NCBI GenBank assembly: GCA_040218735.1
Contig: JAVJQW010000070.1
Span: 256,001-320,000, forward strand
Origin: Deltaproteobacteria bacterium
GTDB taxonomy: Bacteria > Myxococcota > Kuafuiibacteriia > Kuafuiibacteriales > Kuafuiibacteriaceae
DNA: 64,000 bases
Direction: 5' to 3'
In this document: in pieces, positions 27,303-37,397 of the stretch
Layout of the letters: each line of letters begins with the position of its first letter
Position numbering within the stretch: position 1 is the first letter of the stretch
Notes under the pieces: generated by a model
What the model was told of the DNA's origin: nothing
Seen by the model: the letters and a program-made list of their open reading frames with translations, nothing else
Databases searched by the model: none
Program-made: the position numbers and the translations under genes

Positions 27303-28922
27303 CTAGAAGCTACGGCGCGGCGAGTAGACCTCGGCCGACTTGAGCGAGCGGCCGAAGACGTCGCCCATGTTCTGCTGCAGGCCACCGACGACCAGGATCT
27401 CGCCGGACGTCTCGATCTTGGTGATCGCATGCCCGAAGCGCGGCGAATCCATCTCGACCTCCGTCGGCGCACGCGCGAAGCACGAGCCGCCGGTGGTGAG
27501 CGTCGCGACCTCGCCGACGCCGAGCGGAACCCCCGTCTGATCGCGGCCGCCCACGAAGACGGCGTCCTTGCCGGACATCGTCACCGCGTGGTGGCCGCGC
27601 GGCCGGTTGAGCGCCGCGGAGCACGTGCGCGCGACGCGGCCGTTCACGAACGCCCACATCTCGACCGAGCCCGTCGGGTTCTGCGGCGCCATCCCGCTCG
27701 GCTCGGCGTCCTCGATGCGGTTGTAGCCGCCCGAGAGGAGCACTTCGCCGTTCTGCGCGAGCGCCGCCGAGTGAAAGATCGGACCCACGCCGGTGATCGC
27801 GCTGGGCTGCGCCGTCACGGTCGACGTCTCGCCGAGGGTGATCACCTCGACCTCGCCGACCACGCCCTGATCGTTCATGCCGCCGGCCACGAGGATGTCC
27901 TGCCCGCTCTCCAGCAGCGTCGCGCTGTGGCCGAAGCGCCGCTTGCTCATGCGCAGCGCGTTCGAAGCCGGATCGTTCGGGAGCGTGAACAGCTGGTTCG
28001 TCGGCTCGTAGACCTCGACCGAGTCGAGGTACGCGTGGTCGCGCGGATCGATCGCGCTCGCGACGAGCTCCCGCCCGCCGATCAACGCCACCCGGCCATC
28101 CTTCAGGCGCACCGCCCGGTGACCCGTGCGCGCCTCGCGCATCGCCAGACCGCTCTCCGCGATCCGCACCGATAGCGGGTCCGTCGCGTCGATGATGAAC
28201 GCGGTCCTCAGCGCCGTCGTCGTCCCGTTGATGATCGTGTCGCCGCCCGCGATGAGGACCCGCCCGCCGTCGAGCAGCGTCGCCGTGTGGCCCTTGCGCG
28301 CGCCACCGACCCGCAGCTCCGCGACGACCTGGAACGTCCCCGTCGCCGGGTCGTACAGCTCGACGCCGCGCGGGTAACGCACCTCGGGCGGCGTGCCGGG
28401 GATGATCTGGGCGCCGCCCACGATCAACACGCGGCCGCTGTTCGGCAGGAAGGTCGCCGTCGCACCGAAGCGATCCACCGCGAGCTCCGTGCACGTCGGC
28501 TCGCCGTCGAGGCTCGTCGTCCGGTAGAAGCTGTCGACCAGCGCAAACGGCACCTTGATCGAGACGGCGCCGGGCGCGCTCGTCAGGTCGTACTCGGCGC
28601 TCACGCCGATCGCCCGCGTCTCGCGGAAGTCGGGCAGCCCGTCGGCGCCGGTGTTGTGGCCCGTCGCGACGATCGAGAAGTCCGACGCGAGCGGCACCGT
28701 GATGGGCTCGATGCCCGAGTCGTTGATCCCGTACGTCGTCGAGAACCCTTCGTCGATCCCGTCGCCGCGCGGCGTGAACTTCAGGAACTCGACGGACGCC
28801 ACGGCCGCCTGGTTGCACGGGTCGACGATCTCCACGTCGAGCTCGACCGGGCCGCCGCACGCCGCGACCGAGCACGCCCCGATGACGGGCACCGTGAGCA
28901 GCATCTTCTTCATCGTCGTCAT
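27303..28922 (-). CDS. Kelch-repeat beta-propeller lipoprotein
   Basis: Lipobox VAAC; repeats R-x-GHTATLLxGGRVLIAGG...VELYDP; ATG 28922 overlaps the upstream stop. Confidence 0.9.
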   Translation of the reverse strand: MTTMKKMLLTVPVIGACSVAACGGPVELDVEIVDPCNQAAVASVEFLKFTPRGDGIDEGFSTTYGINDSGIEPITVPLASDFSIVATGHNTGADGLPDFRETRAIGVSAEYDLTSAPGAVSIKVPFALVDSFYRTTSLDGEPTCTELAVDRFGATATFLPNSGRVLIVGGAQIIPGTPPEVRYPRGVELYDPATGTFQVVAELRVGGARKGHTATLLDGGRVLIAGGDTIINGTTTALRTAFIIDATDPLSVRIAESGLAMREARTGHRAVRLKDGRVALIGGRELVASAIDPRDHAYLDSVEVYEPTNQLFTLPNDPASNALRMSKRRFGHSATLLESGQDILVAGGMNDQGVVGEVEVITLGETSTVTAQPSAITGVGPIFHSAALAQNGEVLLSGGYNRIEDAEPSGMAPQNPTGSVEMWAFVNGRVARTCSAALNRPRGHHAVTMSGKDAVFVGGRDQTGVPLGVGEVATLTTGGSCFARAPTEVEMDSPRFGHAITKIETSGEILVVGGLQQNMGDVFGRSLKSAEVYSPRRSF

Positions 28923-30496
28923 CACCAGGTGATCCTCAGGCTCGCCTCGTCGCTCCCGCCGCCGCTGACCAGCAGGTAACCACCCGCCCCCGCGGCGCCC
29001 GCCGCCGCGACGCCGACCAGCACCCAGACCCACCAGGCACCGCCGTCGTCATCGTCGTCGAGCTCGTCCTTGGGCACGAGCGTGGTCGTGGTCGCCGCCG
29101 CCGGCGCAGTCTTCGCCTTCGAGGACTTCATCTCGTCCTTCGGCACCACGCCAGGCTTGCTGACCGGTGCGGGCGTGGCCTTCGCGATCGGCCCCGGCGG
29201 CGGATCGGGCGGCGCGTCCGCGTACAGCGACTTGGGCGCCTTCAACGGCGGCGGCGCGGCGCGCACGCTCGGCATGCGCGTCTCCTTCGCCCCGGCGGCC
29301 ACCGTCCTGCGACGCGCGCGGCCCGGCTTCTTCGGGGCGATCTTGAACTTCGACTCGGTGACGGGGTTCGTGAAGGCCGACGCCTTCGCCTCATTTCGCG
29401 CGGCCTCGGCGAGTTTGTACACCTCGATCTCCGCGGTGAGCATGTCGAGGTCGAACGCGATGTCGACCAGCCGGCCGACGTCGCCCGACGCCACCTTCAC
29501 CGCGATCGTGCGGATCCGGAACGCCGTATCCGTGCTGTAGATGCCGCCGACCATGACCATGTCGGCGCCCGCGCGCTTGCCGGCCTTCACCAGCTGCTTG
29601 ACGTGGTCCGCGTTCAGCTCGTTCGCCGCGACCGCGCCCAGGACCCCGCCCGCCGCGGGCTCGGGGGCCGCGCCGCCCTCGTCGAAGTCGACGACGGTGG
29701 TCTTCTTGGAGCTGATCCGCAGCTTCTTCACCTTCGGCGCCTCACCCGGGCGTTCGACGCGAATCCAGTGCGTCCCGGGGAGCGCATCGGTCAGCACCAG
29801 CGGCGCCTTGCCCATGTTGCGGCCGTCGAACAGCACCTGCGATCCCGACGCGGCCCGCACCTCGACCCGTGCGCGCGGACGACGCAGCACGTTGAACCGT
29901 GCGCGGTCGAAGACGCGGATGAAGATCGGCGGGTAGTCCGCCGCGTTCAGCGTACGGTCGGGATCGTAGTGGACGGCGCGGTTGAGCATGTCGTCGCCCT
30001 CGTCCTCCATGCCGTCGCGGAAGTACGCGACGCCCATCTGCAGATAGGTCTCCGGCAGCATCCGGAGATCGGGGACGGCGTCGCCGTTGTCCTCGAGGAG
30101 CTTCGCAGCCTTGTCGAGCAGCTTCACCGCGCGCTCGAACTCCGACTCCTCCATGGCCTCCTTCGCCTCGCTGATCAGCTGTTCGGCCCGCTTGCCCGCC
30201 TTGGGATCGCCCTGCGGCGCGTCGGAGCTCTTCGCGCTCGACGCGGATCCGCCGCCGCTGCTCAGGCCTGAAAGATCCTCGGCGCGGATGATCGCAACCT
30301 CGTCGCCGTGCGCCATCTCGCGGGTGACGACCACGGTCGTCTGCTCGCCGATGTCGTCCTGCATCTTCGGATCGAGGTTTTGGTACGGGAGCACCAGGAC
30401 CTTCGGCTTGGCGTAGCCGTCCGACGGTACGGCGAGTACGGCCGCGGCGAGGAACCCTCCAAGAACAGTGAGGAATGCGCGACGTGCAGACGTCAT
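28922..30496 (-). CDS. Exported TPR + PEGA domain protein with C-terminal TM
   Basis: Signal peptide; TPR-like helices; PEGA QVLFDGRNMGKAPL...PGTHWIRVE; WWVWVLVGVAAAG TM; ATG 30496 chosen. Confidence 0.8.
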   Translation of the reverse strand: MTSARRAFLTVLGGFLAAAVLAVPSDGYAKPKVLVLPYQNLDPKMQDDIGEQTTVVVTREMAHGDEVAIIRAEDLSGLSSGGGSASSAKSSDAPQGDPKAGKRAEQLISEAKEAMEESEFERAVKLLDKAAKLLEDNGDAVPDLRMLPETYLQMGVAYFRDGMEDEGDDMLNRAVHYDPDRTLNAADYPPIFIRVFDRARFNVLRRPRARVEVRAASGSQVLFDGRNMGKAPLVLTDALPGTHWIRVERPGEAPKVKKLRISSKKTTVVDFDEGGAAPEPAAGGVLGAVAANELNADHVKQLVKAGKRAGADMVMVGGIYSTDTAFRIRTIAVKVASGDVGRLVDIAFDLDMLTAEIEVYKLAEAARNEAKASAFTNPVTESKFKIAPKKPGRARRRTVAAGAKETRMPSVRAAPPPLKAPKSLYADAPPDPPPGPIAKATPAPVSKPGVVPKDEMKSSKAKTAPAAATTTTLVPKDELDDDDDGGAWWVWVLVGVAAAGAAGAGGYLLVSGGGSDEASLRITW

Positions 30497-30530
30497 CACG
30501 CCAGGGTCTACAGAGGCCCCACCAAGGCGG

Positions 30531-31118
30531 TCAATCGGTCTTCGATACGTCGAGGATCCGATCCCACAGCGCATCCACGCCGTCACGGCTGCTCGCGCTG
30601 GTTCCGACCACCGACCGCGGCGGCAGCCCGAAGGCGGCGCCGATCGCGTTGTAGGCCGGTTTTCGCTTCGCCTTGGGCAGTTTGTCCGCCTTCGTGGCGA
30701 CCACCCACACCTCCCCCTTCGCGACCTCGGACAGGAACGTGAACAGCGCGACGTCGTCCGGCTGCACCTCGCGGCGCACGTCGATCAGCAGCAGCGTGGC
30801 CCGGATCGTCTCGCGGGCCTCCAGGTAGGTCTCGATGAGCGGGGCCCAAGTGCGCACGACGTGCTTGGGCACCTTCGCGTAGCCATACCCGGGCAGGTCC
30901 GCGAGCGCGACGGTCTGGTCCGCCGTCGCGACCTCGAAGAAGTTCACGAGCTGCGTCCGCCCCGGGGTTCTGGACGTGCGGGCAATTTTCGCGTTGGCCA
31001 GGACGTTCAGGAGGCTGCTCTTCCCCACGTTGGAGCGCCCGACGAACGCAATCTCGGGCGAACCCAGGTCGGGGAACTGTGCGCGTTGGGCGGCGGAAGT
31101 GATGAATCGGGTCCTCAT
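30531..31118 (-). CDS. engB: Ribosome biogenesis GTP-binding protein YihA/YsxC
   Basis: GRSNVGKSSLLN, SRTPGRTQ, DLPGYGYA, TKADK. Confidence 0.97.
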   Translation of the reverse strand: MRTRFITSAAQRAQFPDLGSPEIAFVGRSNVGKSSLLNVLANAKIARTSRTPGRTQLVNFFEVATADQTVALADLPGYGYAKVPKHVVRTWAPLIETYLEARETIRATLLLIDVRREVQPDDVALFTFLSEVAKGEVWVVATKADKLPKAKRKPAYNAIGAAFGLPPRSVVGTSASSRDGVDALWDRILDVSKTD

Positions 31119-31293
31119 GGTGGCGACTTCAGTCCTGAGCGATTTCGACCGGATCGGAAGGGCGTTCGGGCTCGACGCGCCGCTCGGCGTGGGTTATCCG
31201 TCCAATGGTTCGACGTTGGCAATCCATTCGGAGCCAGGCAACATGTCAACCATCGCCGCTGGCGTGAACCTTGCGGCTCTATAGGATCGAACC

Positions 31294-31740
31294 ATGGCTA
31301 GTCTTCCTCTCAAGATCGCTGCCTCCCTCATCGTCGTCGGAGGCCCGTTGTACATGGCGGCCGACATGCTCCAGGCCGACCCCGAGTCGCTGACCTACTT
31401 CCACGGCGCGGACGTGGTGATGGCGAAGCAAGGTGAGTTCGTCGGCAAGCGGATCAAGATGGGCGGGCACGTCGCCAAGGGCACCATCTTCCAGAAGGGC
31501 GGCACGCTCGAATACCAGTTCGACGTGCAGCCCGTGCCGCAGATGCTCAAACACCCCGAGCAGATGGGGAAGACGATCACCGTCCGCTACACGGGCGTCG
31601 TGCCCGACACGTTCAAGGACGACGCCGAGGTCATCGTCACCGGATCGCTCGCCCGCGACGGCGTCTTCGAAGCCCAAGAGCTGCTCGCCAAGTGCCCGTC
31701 GAAGTACGAGGCGGCCGAGAAGAACAAGGGCACCTACTGA
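31294..31740 (+). CDS. ccmE: Heme chaperone CcmE (CxxxY variant)
   Basis: N-terminal TM; YTGVVPDTFK; LLAKCPSKY. Confidence 0.95.
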   Translation: MASLPLKIAASLIVVGGPLYMAADMLQADPESLTYFHGADVVMAKQGEFVGKRIKMGGHVAKGTIFQKGGTLEYQFDVQPVPQMLKHPEQMGKTITVRYTGVVPDTFKDDAEVIVTGSLARDGVFEAQELLAKCPSKYEAAEKNKGTY

Positions 31741-31783
31741 CCACGACCCACCGCATCGGTCTGCCCCGACGCGAAGGTAATCC

Positions 31784-33835
31784 ATGGCGCAATTTGGCTA
31801 CTACGTCCTCCTCGCGACCCTGATCGTCGCCACCTATACGGCGGCGGCCTCCGTGGTCGGGCACCACAACAAGTCGCGCCGGCTCGCGGTGAGCGCGCAG
31901 TACGGCGGCTTCGCGACGTTCGGGCTGCTGACGCTCGCGTCGATGGCGCTGATCTACCTGTTCGTCACGAACGACTACTCGGTGAAGTACGTCCAGCACT
32001 ACTCCGACCGGTCGATGCCGCTGTTCTACAAGGCGACGGCGTTCTGGGGCGGCCAGGACGGATCGCTGTTGTTCTGGGTCTGGGTGATGTCGATCTGGGG
32101 GGCCATCGCGGTCTACCAGAACCGCGAGAAGCACAAGGACCTGATGCCGTACACGATCGTCACGCTGATGGCGGTCACCGTGTTCTTCGTCGCGCTGATG
32201 ATCTTCGGCGACGCCAACCCCTTCGAGACGTACCTCGCCGGCGCACCGACCGACGGCCAGGGCCTCAACCCCCTCCTTCAGAACCCGTACATGGTGACGC
32301 ACCCGCCGTCGCTGTACCTGGGCTACATCGGCTGGACGATCCCGTTCTGCTTCGCCATCGGCGCGCTCGCGCACGGCAAGCTCGACTACGGGTGGATCGG
32401 CGCGATGCGCCGCTGGTGCCTCGTCGCTTGGGTGTTCCTCACCGTCGGCCTCACGCTCGGCGGTCTGTGGGCCTACGAGGAGCTCGGCTGGGGCGGCTAC
32501 TGGGCGTGGGACCCGGTCGAGAACGCAGCGTTCATGCCGTGGCTCACCGGCACCGCGTTCATCCACAGCATCCAGGTCCAAGAGCGCCGCCAGATGTACA
32601 AGCTCTGGAACATGGTGCTGATCATCCTGACGTTCCTGCTGACGTTGCTCGGCACCATGATGACCCGCTCCGGCGTCGTGCAGAGCGTCCACGCGTTCGC
32701 GCAGTCGAACATCGGCGGCTGGTTCTTCGCGTTCATCATCCTGACGCTCGTGGTTTCGGTGGGGCTGCTGCTCTACCGCGCCAAGGAGCTCGCGCCCGAG
32801 CACGGCCTGGAGTCGGTGCTGTCGCGTGAGTTTGCGTTCCTCATCAACAACTGGGTCCTCCTCGCCGCGGCGTTCTTCGTGACGTTCGCGACGCTCCTCC
32901 CCTCCATCTGGAAGTTCTTCTTCGAGGAGGAGGTCAACGTCGGGCCCGCGTTCTTCAACAAGTGGATGATCCCGATCGGCCTCATCCTGCTGTTCCTCAC
33001 CGGCGTCGGTCCGCTGCTGTCGTGGCGCAAGTCCACGGTGTCGACCGTCCAGCAGCAGTTCCTGTGGCCGGCGGTGGTGTCGGCGCTCGCGGCGGTCGGC
33101 CTGTACTTCGGCTACGGGATGGAGAACTGGAAGCCGCTCGCGACGTTCGTGCTGTGCCTGTTCGTCCTCCTGACGATCGGCCAGGAGTTCTTCCGCGGGA
33201 CGCGGCACCGGATGCAGACGAGCAAGGAGAACCCGCTCGATGCGCTCGTCACGCTGATGACGCGCGCGAAGCGGCGCTACGGCGGCTACGTGGTGCACTT
33301 CGGCGTGCTGGTGATGTTCTTCGGGTTCGCGGGTGAGTCCTTCAAGATCGAGGAGGACGTCAACTTCACGCCCGGCAAGCAGGTGAAGATCGGCCCGTAC
33401 GAAGTGCGGTACGACGACCTGCGGTTCGAGGACGACGGCCAGAAGAACATGATCACCGCGCAGGTGACGGTGTTCGACGCCGGCAGCGGCAAGGAGATCT
33501 CGAAGCTCTATCCGGCGAAGTGGTTCTACCGGAAGCCGGAGGATCAGCCCTCCTCGGAGATCGCGAAGGAGATGAGCTTCCGGGACGACCTGTACGTGGT
33601 GCTCGGCGGCTACGACGTCGAGGGCAAGACGGCGGCGCTCCAGCTGAAGGTCAACCCGCTGGTCAACTTCGTGTGGCTGGGGTGTGCGTTCCTGATGCTC
33701 GGCTTCGGGATCGCGGTGTGGCCGGACAAGAAGAAGGCGACGCGCGCGGTGCGGGTGCGGCGGTTCGCGCCGGCGTTCGCGGGGACCGCATCCTTCCTGT
33801 TGGCCGTCCTCGCTGTCGTGCTCGCGTTCGTCTGA
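31784..33835 (+). CDS. ccmF: Cytochrome c heme lyase CcmF
   Basis: WGGQDGSLLFW, GLNPLLQ, HPPSLYLGY, WAYEELGWGGYWAWDPVEN, SVHAF. Confidence 0.98.
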   Translation: MAQFGYYVLLATLIVATYTAAASVVGHHNKSRRLAVSAQYGGFATFGLLTLASMALIYLFVTNDYSVKYVQHYSDRSMPLFYKATAFWGGQDGSLLFWVWVMSIWGAIAVYQNREKHKDLMPYTIVTLMAVTVFFVALMIFGDANPFETYLAGAPTDGQGLNPLLQNPYMVTHPPSLYLGYIGWTIPFCFAIGALAHGKLDYGWIGAMRRWCLVAWVFLTVGLTLGGLWAYEELGWGGYWAWDPVENAAFMPWLTGTAFIHSIQVQERRQMYKLWNMVLIILTFLLTLLGTMMTRSGVVQSVHAFAQSNIGGWFFAFIILTLVVSVGLLLYRAKELAPEHGLESVLSREFAFLINNWVLLAAAFFVTFATLLPSIWKFFFEEEVNVGPAFFNKWMIPIGLILLFLTGVGPLLSWRKSTVSTVQQQFLWPAVVSALAAVGLYFGYGMENWKPLATFVLCLFVLLTIGQEFFRGTRHRMQTSKENPLDALVTLMTRAKRRYGGYVVHFGVLVMFFGFAGESFKIEEDVNFTPGKQVKIGPYEVRYDDLRFEDDGQKNMITAQVTVFDAGSGKEISKLYPAKWFYRKPEDQPSSEIAKEMSFRDDLYVVLGGYDVEGKTAALQLKVNPLVNFVWLGCAFLMLGFGIAVWPDKKKATRAVRVRRFAPAFAGTASFLLAVLAVVLAFV

Positions 33836-33842
33836 ACGTGGT

Positions 33843-34409
33843 ATGAGGCTGGCCGTGCGGACCTTCTTCGCGATCGTCGCGATGCTCCTGGTGTCGAGCA
33901 GCGCCTTCGCTGCCGCCGATGGGGATCCGTCCGATCTCGCGCGCCGCGAGCTCGGCGTGTCGATCGACAACCTCCCGAACCTCAGCCCCGAACAGGACGA
34001 CTACGCCAAGGCGATCGGCCAGGACGTCGTCTGCCTTTGCGGGACGTGCCCGCGCCACACGATCACCAACTGCCAGTGCGGGTGGGCGCACGAGAACAAG
34101 AAGGTCATCCGCGCTGCGCTGGTCGCGGGGAAGACGAAGGAGCAGATCATCGCCGCGTACGAGAAGGCGTACGGGCTGAAGGTCCGCCCCACCCCGCCGG
34201 ACGAAGGTTTCGGCAAGCTCTCCTACATGCTGCCGTACGCGGCGATCGTCTTCGGGCTCGGGCTGGTGCTCGTGCTCGGTCTGAAGATGCGCAAGCGCGG
34301 CGCCTCGTCGGAGGCCGTCGCGACGGCCGCGGTGAACGCGCCGACGGAAGAAGTCGACGACGAAGCCCGCTCGATCCTCGAGCAGGAGCTGGACGACCTG
34401 GATCGCTGA
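33843..34409 (+). CDS. ccmH: CcmH-like cytochrome c biogenesis protein
   Basis: Signal peptide, CLCGTC...CQC, GKTKEQII...YG...PP, C-terminal TM; follows ccmF. Confidence 0.85.
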   Translation: MRLAVRTFFAIVAMLLVSSSAFAAADGDPSDLARRELGVSIDNLPNLSPEQDDYAKAIGQDVVCLCGTCPRHTITNCQCGWAHENKKVIRAALVAGKTKEQIIAAYEKAYGLKVRPTPPDEGFGKLSYMLPYAAIVFGLGLVLVLGLKMRKRGASSEAVATAAVNAPTEEVDDEARSILEQELDDLDR

Positions 34410-34410
34410 C

Positions 34411-35085
34411 GTGACGACGACGACCAAACCGAGCCGAATCGCCGACCGTGCGTTGATCGCGGTGGAGGCGTTGGTAGGGATCGCGGTGGTGGCCGCGATC
34501 GTCGGCAAGAGCTACGGCGCAGCGCCCACGGTGGTGTTCGTGATCTGCGGCGGCGCGGCGGCGTTCACGGCGTACTCCGTGATTCGGATGCTCGGCTCGC
34601 TGTCGGACCGCACGTTGGACGTGTCGGGTCGCGTGGAAGACGAGCGGCGCGCGGCGCTCGAGCACGAGAAGCTCTTGCTGTTGCAGGGCATCAAGGAGCT
34701 GGAGGCGGACTACGCGATCGGCAAGGTCGCGCCGGAGGACTACCAGCACCTTCGGTCGTCGGCGGAGAAGCGCGCGCTGGCGATCATCGATCAGCTCCGC
34801 GACGAGGACGCCGTGTGGCACGAGCAGGCGCAGCGGCTCGTCGAGAAGCGGGTCGGCAAGGTGCGGGCGGTGGTCCCGGAGGGGGCGGCGGCGCCGGAGG
34901 CTTCGACCGAGGCGTGGCTCCTCGAGGACCGCGCGACGCGCGACGCGCGCGAGGCGTTGCGGGCGCTCTTCGACGACACTCCCAGCGCGTTCGCAAACGA
35001 CGTGTGCGGCGCGTGTGAAACCGAGAACGACGCGGACGCGAAGTTCTGCGTGGGCTGTGGGCGCCCGAAGCAGGAGGCAGCGTGA
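34411..35085 (+). CDS. Membrane protein with CcmI-like helical motif and C-terminal zinc ribbon
   Basis: 2 TM; IKELEADYAIGKVAPEDY; CGAC...FCVGCG; coupled within the ccm operon. Confidence 0.7.
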   Translation: MTTTTKPSRIADRALIAVEALVGIAVVAAIVGKSYGAAPTVVFVICGGAAAFTAYSVIRMLGSLSDRTLDVSGRVEDERRAALEHEKLLLLQGIKELEADYAIGKVAPEDYQHLRSSAEKRALAIIDQLRDEDAVWHEQAQRLVEKRVGKVRAVVPEGAAAPEASTEAWLLEDRATRDAREALRALFDDTPSAFANDVCGACETENDADAKFCVGCGRPKQEAA

Positions 35086-35954
35086 GTCTCTCCCTCGTCT
35101 TGCTCGCGGTGATGGCGCAGCCGGCTTCGCAACCTGCGGCGCCGTCCTCGCAGCCGGCACGTAAAGCGTTGAAGACCGGCGGCACCGGTGCGGACGTCAA
35201 AGCCGACGCGATCATCATGGTCGACGTCGAGGAGTCCTCGCTCAACTGGCAGGAGAGCTGGACGCTGACGAACGAGAGCGGCAAGGCGATCGGCGCGAAC
35301 CACCTGCGCATCCCGGTGGGGGTGGCGCGGTTGCTGCGCGTCGACGAGGACGTGCCGGGCTTCGCGGCGGAGGCGGACTCGTCGGCGGTGTACGCGACGA
35401 GCGGCATGGGTGAAGGCGCGAAGTCGGTCGCGTTTGCGTACCTGACGGACACGTCGGGGACGGGCCTCACGGTGCGGCGGCGCATCCCGGTGAACGTCAC
35501 GAAGGGGACGCTGATCTTCCCGCTGATCGACGGGCTGTCGGTCGCGTCGAACCACCCGCTCAACGAGCGCACGGCGGACATGAACGGCCGGCGCTTCTTG
35601 ATCTACGACATCGCGAACATCCCGGCGGGGCTGGACCTGGAGCTGACGGTCAGCGGCCTGCCCTCGCACTCGCGGAACCCCCGCCTGATCGCGGGTGCGC
35701 TCGCGATCTTCGTGTTGGTGTGGATGGCGTGGGCGTTGGTCGAGGGGAAGAAGAAACGTGGCGAGGTGGTCCTCGGCGCGTTGTCCCCGGTGGCGCGGCG
35801 CGATCGGATCGTGAAGGCGATCGAGCTGCTCGAGCGCGACTTCGACAACGACGTCATCAAGGAGAAGCGCTACCGGCGGCGCCACGAGGAGCTGATGGCA
35901 GAGCTGGCGGCGGTGCTCCGGGAGATCGACCTGGCCGGCGCGGAAGCGCGATGA
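35082..35954 (+). CDS. Hypothetical ccm-operon membrane protein (exported beta domain, TM, helical tail)
   Basis: Overlaps both neighbours by 4 nt; TM LIAGALAIFVLVWMAWAL; tail IELLERDFDNDVIKEKRY. Confidence 0.7.
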   Translation: MSLSLVLLAVMAQPASQPAAPSSQPARKALKTGGTGADVKADAIIMVDVEESSLNWQESWTLTNESGKAIGANHLRIPVGVARLLRVDEDVPGFAAEADSSAVYATSGMGEGAKSVAFAYLTDTSGTGLTVRRRIPVNVTKGTLIFPLIDGLSVASNHPLNERTADMNGRRFLIYDIANIPAGLDLELTVSGLPSHSRNPRLIAGALAIFVLVWMAWALVEGKKKRGEVVLGALSPVARRDRIVKAIELLERDFDNDVIKEKRYRRRHEELMAELAAVLREIDLAGAEAR

Positions 35955-36655
35955 ACCGCGCCGAGGCTCGGAACGTCACGAAGGTCTACGGAGCGCACCG
36001 GGCGCTCCACAAGGTGTCGCTGTCGCTGACGCCGGGGTGTGTCACGGCGCTGATGGGCCCGAACGGCGCGGGCAAGACCACCCTCCTCTGGCTGTTCTCG
36101 ACGCTGTCGCGACCGACGTCCGGGACGATGCACTTCGGGGCGCTCCCGCCGGAGCGCGCGAAGGAAGCGCGTGGTTGGATCGGCCTGCTGTCGCACGCGT
36201 CGCTCACGTACGGAGACCTGTCGGGGCTCGAGAACGTGGTGTTCTTCGGGAAGCTCTACGGCGCGGAGGCGCCGGAGCGCGAGGCGCGCGCGTTGCTCAC
36301 GGAGTTCGGCCTCGAGGACGCGATGCACCGGCCCGCGAAGACGTACTCGCGCGGCATGACGCAGCGGTTGGGGTTGGCGCGTGCGCTGATCGGGCGGCCG
36401 AAGCTGGTGCTGCTCGACGAGCCGTTCACGGGGTTGGACCGCGCGTCGACGCGGACGGTGATCGAGCGGATCGGTCTGCTGCGGGATCAGGGCGCAATGG
36501 TGTTGATGATCTCGCACGACGTCGAGACGACGGCGGAGCTCGCGGACGAGTTCGCGATCCTGGTGCGCGGGAAGCTGAAACACACGCACGAGGGCCGCCT
36601 CGACGCGGCGGCGCTGCGCGACGAGTACGCGCGGGTCGCGGAGGGGGCGGCGTGA
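35951..36655 (+). CDS. ccmA: Heme export ABC ATPase CcmA
   Basis: GPNGAGKTT, YSRGMTQR, LLDEPFTGLD; true start ATG 35951. Confidence 0.93.
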   Translation: MNRAEARNVTKVYGAHRALHKVSLSLTPGCVTALMGPNGAGKTTLLWLFSTLSRPTSGTMHFGALPPERAKEARGWIGLLSHASLTYGDLSGLENVVFFGKLYGAEAPEREARALLTEFGLEDAMHRPAKTYSRGMTQRLGLARALIGRPKLVLLDEPFTGLDRASTRTVIERIGLLRDQGAMVLMISHDVETTAELADEFAILVRGKLKHTHEGRLDAAALRDEYARVAEGAA

Positions 36656-37383
36656 CGGAGGACGCGGCGGTGGCGGTGCCCGAGAAGCAGGAGCCGGGGA
36701 TCTTCGCCGTGCTCCGGGGTGCGCTGTTCGTCGCGAAGAAGGACCTCCGCGTGGAGTGGCGCAGCAAGGAGATCCTGCTGACGACGGGGTACTTCGGGCT
36801 GTTCGTGGTGCTGGTCTTCTCGTTCTCGTTCGTGGCGGGCGCAGAGAAGGAGAGCGTGGTCCCCGGGATCTTGTGGGTGGCGATCGCGTTCTCGGGGGCG
36901 TTGGGGCTCGGGCGGGTGTTCGAGCGCGAGCGCGAGGGGGACTGCATCCGGGCGCTGTTGTTGTCCCCGATCGCCCGGACGTCGATCTACCTGGGCAAGG
37001 TGCTCGGGGTGTTGGTGTTCATGGTCGGCGTGCAGGCGGTGGTGCTGCCGGCGGTGTGGTTCTTCTTCAACCTGCGCCTGTCGATGACGAACGTCGCCTA
37101 CTTGTTGGGGATCGTCACGCTGGGGACACTCGGCTACGCGATCGTGGGGACGCTGCTGGCGTCGATGTTGATCCGCGCGCGCAGCAAGGACGTGCTGCTC
37201 GCGATCGTGCTCTACCCGCTGATCCTGCCGATGTTGATCATCGGCGTGCAGGCGACCGGGCTGTTGTTCGCGCCGGAGCTGAACCTGACGGAGCTGAAGG
37301 TGTACCTTCGTGTGCTGGGGCTGTACGACGCAGTGTTCCTGGTCGCGAACCTGTGGATCTTCGAGCCGCTGCTGATGGACTGA
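36652..37383 (+). CDS. ccmB: Heme export permease CcmB
   Basis: KDLRVEWRSKE, PGILWVA, FEREREGD, YLGK, LYPLILP; GTG 36652 overlaps the ccmA stop. Confidence 0.93.
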   Translation: MTEDAAVAVPEKQEPGIFAVLRGALFVAKKDLRVEWRSKEILLTTGYFGLFVVLVFSFSFVAGAEKESVVPGILWVAIAFSGALGLGRVFEREREGDCIRALLLSPIARTSIYLGKVLGVLVFMVGVQAVVLPAVWFFFNLRLSMTNVAYLLGIVTLGTLGYAIVGTLLASMLIRARSKDVLLAIVLYPLILPMLIIGVQATGLLFAPELNLTELKVYLRVLGLYDAVFLVANLWIFEPLLMD

Positions 37384-37397
37384 AAGGAATATACTCG

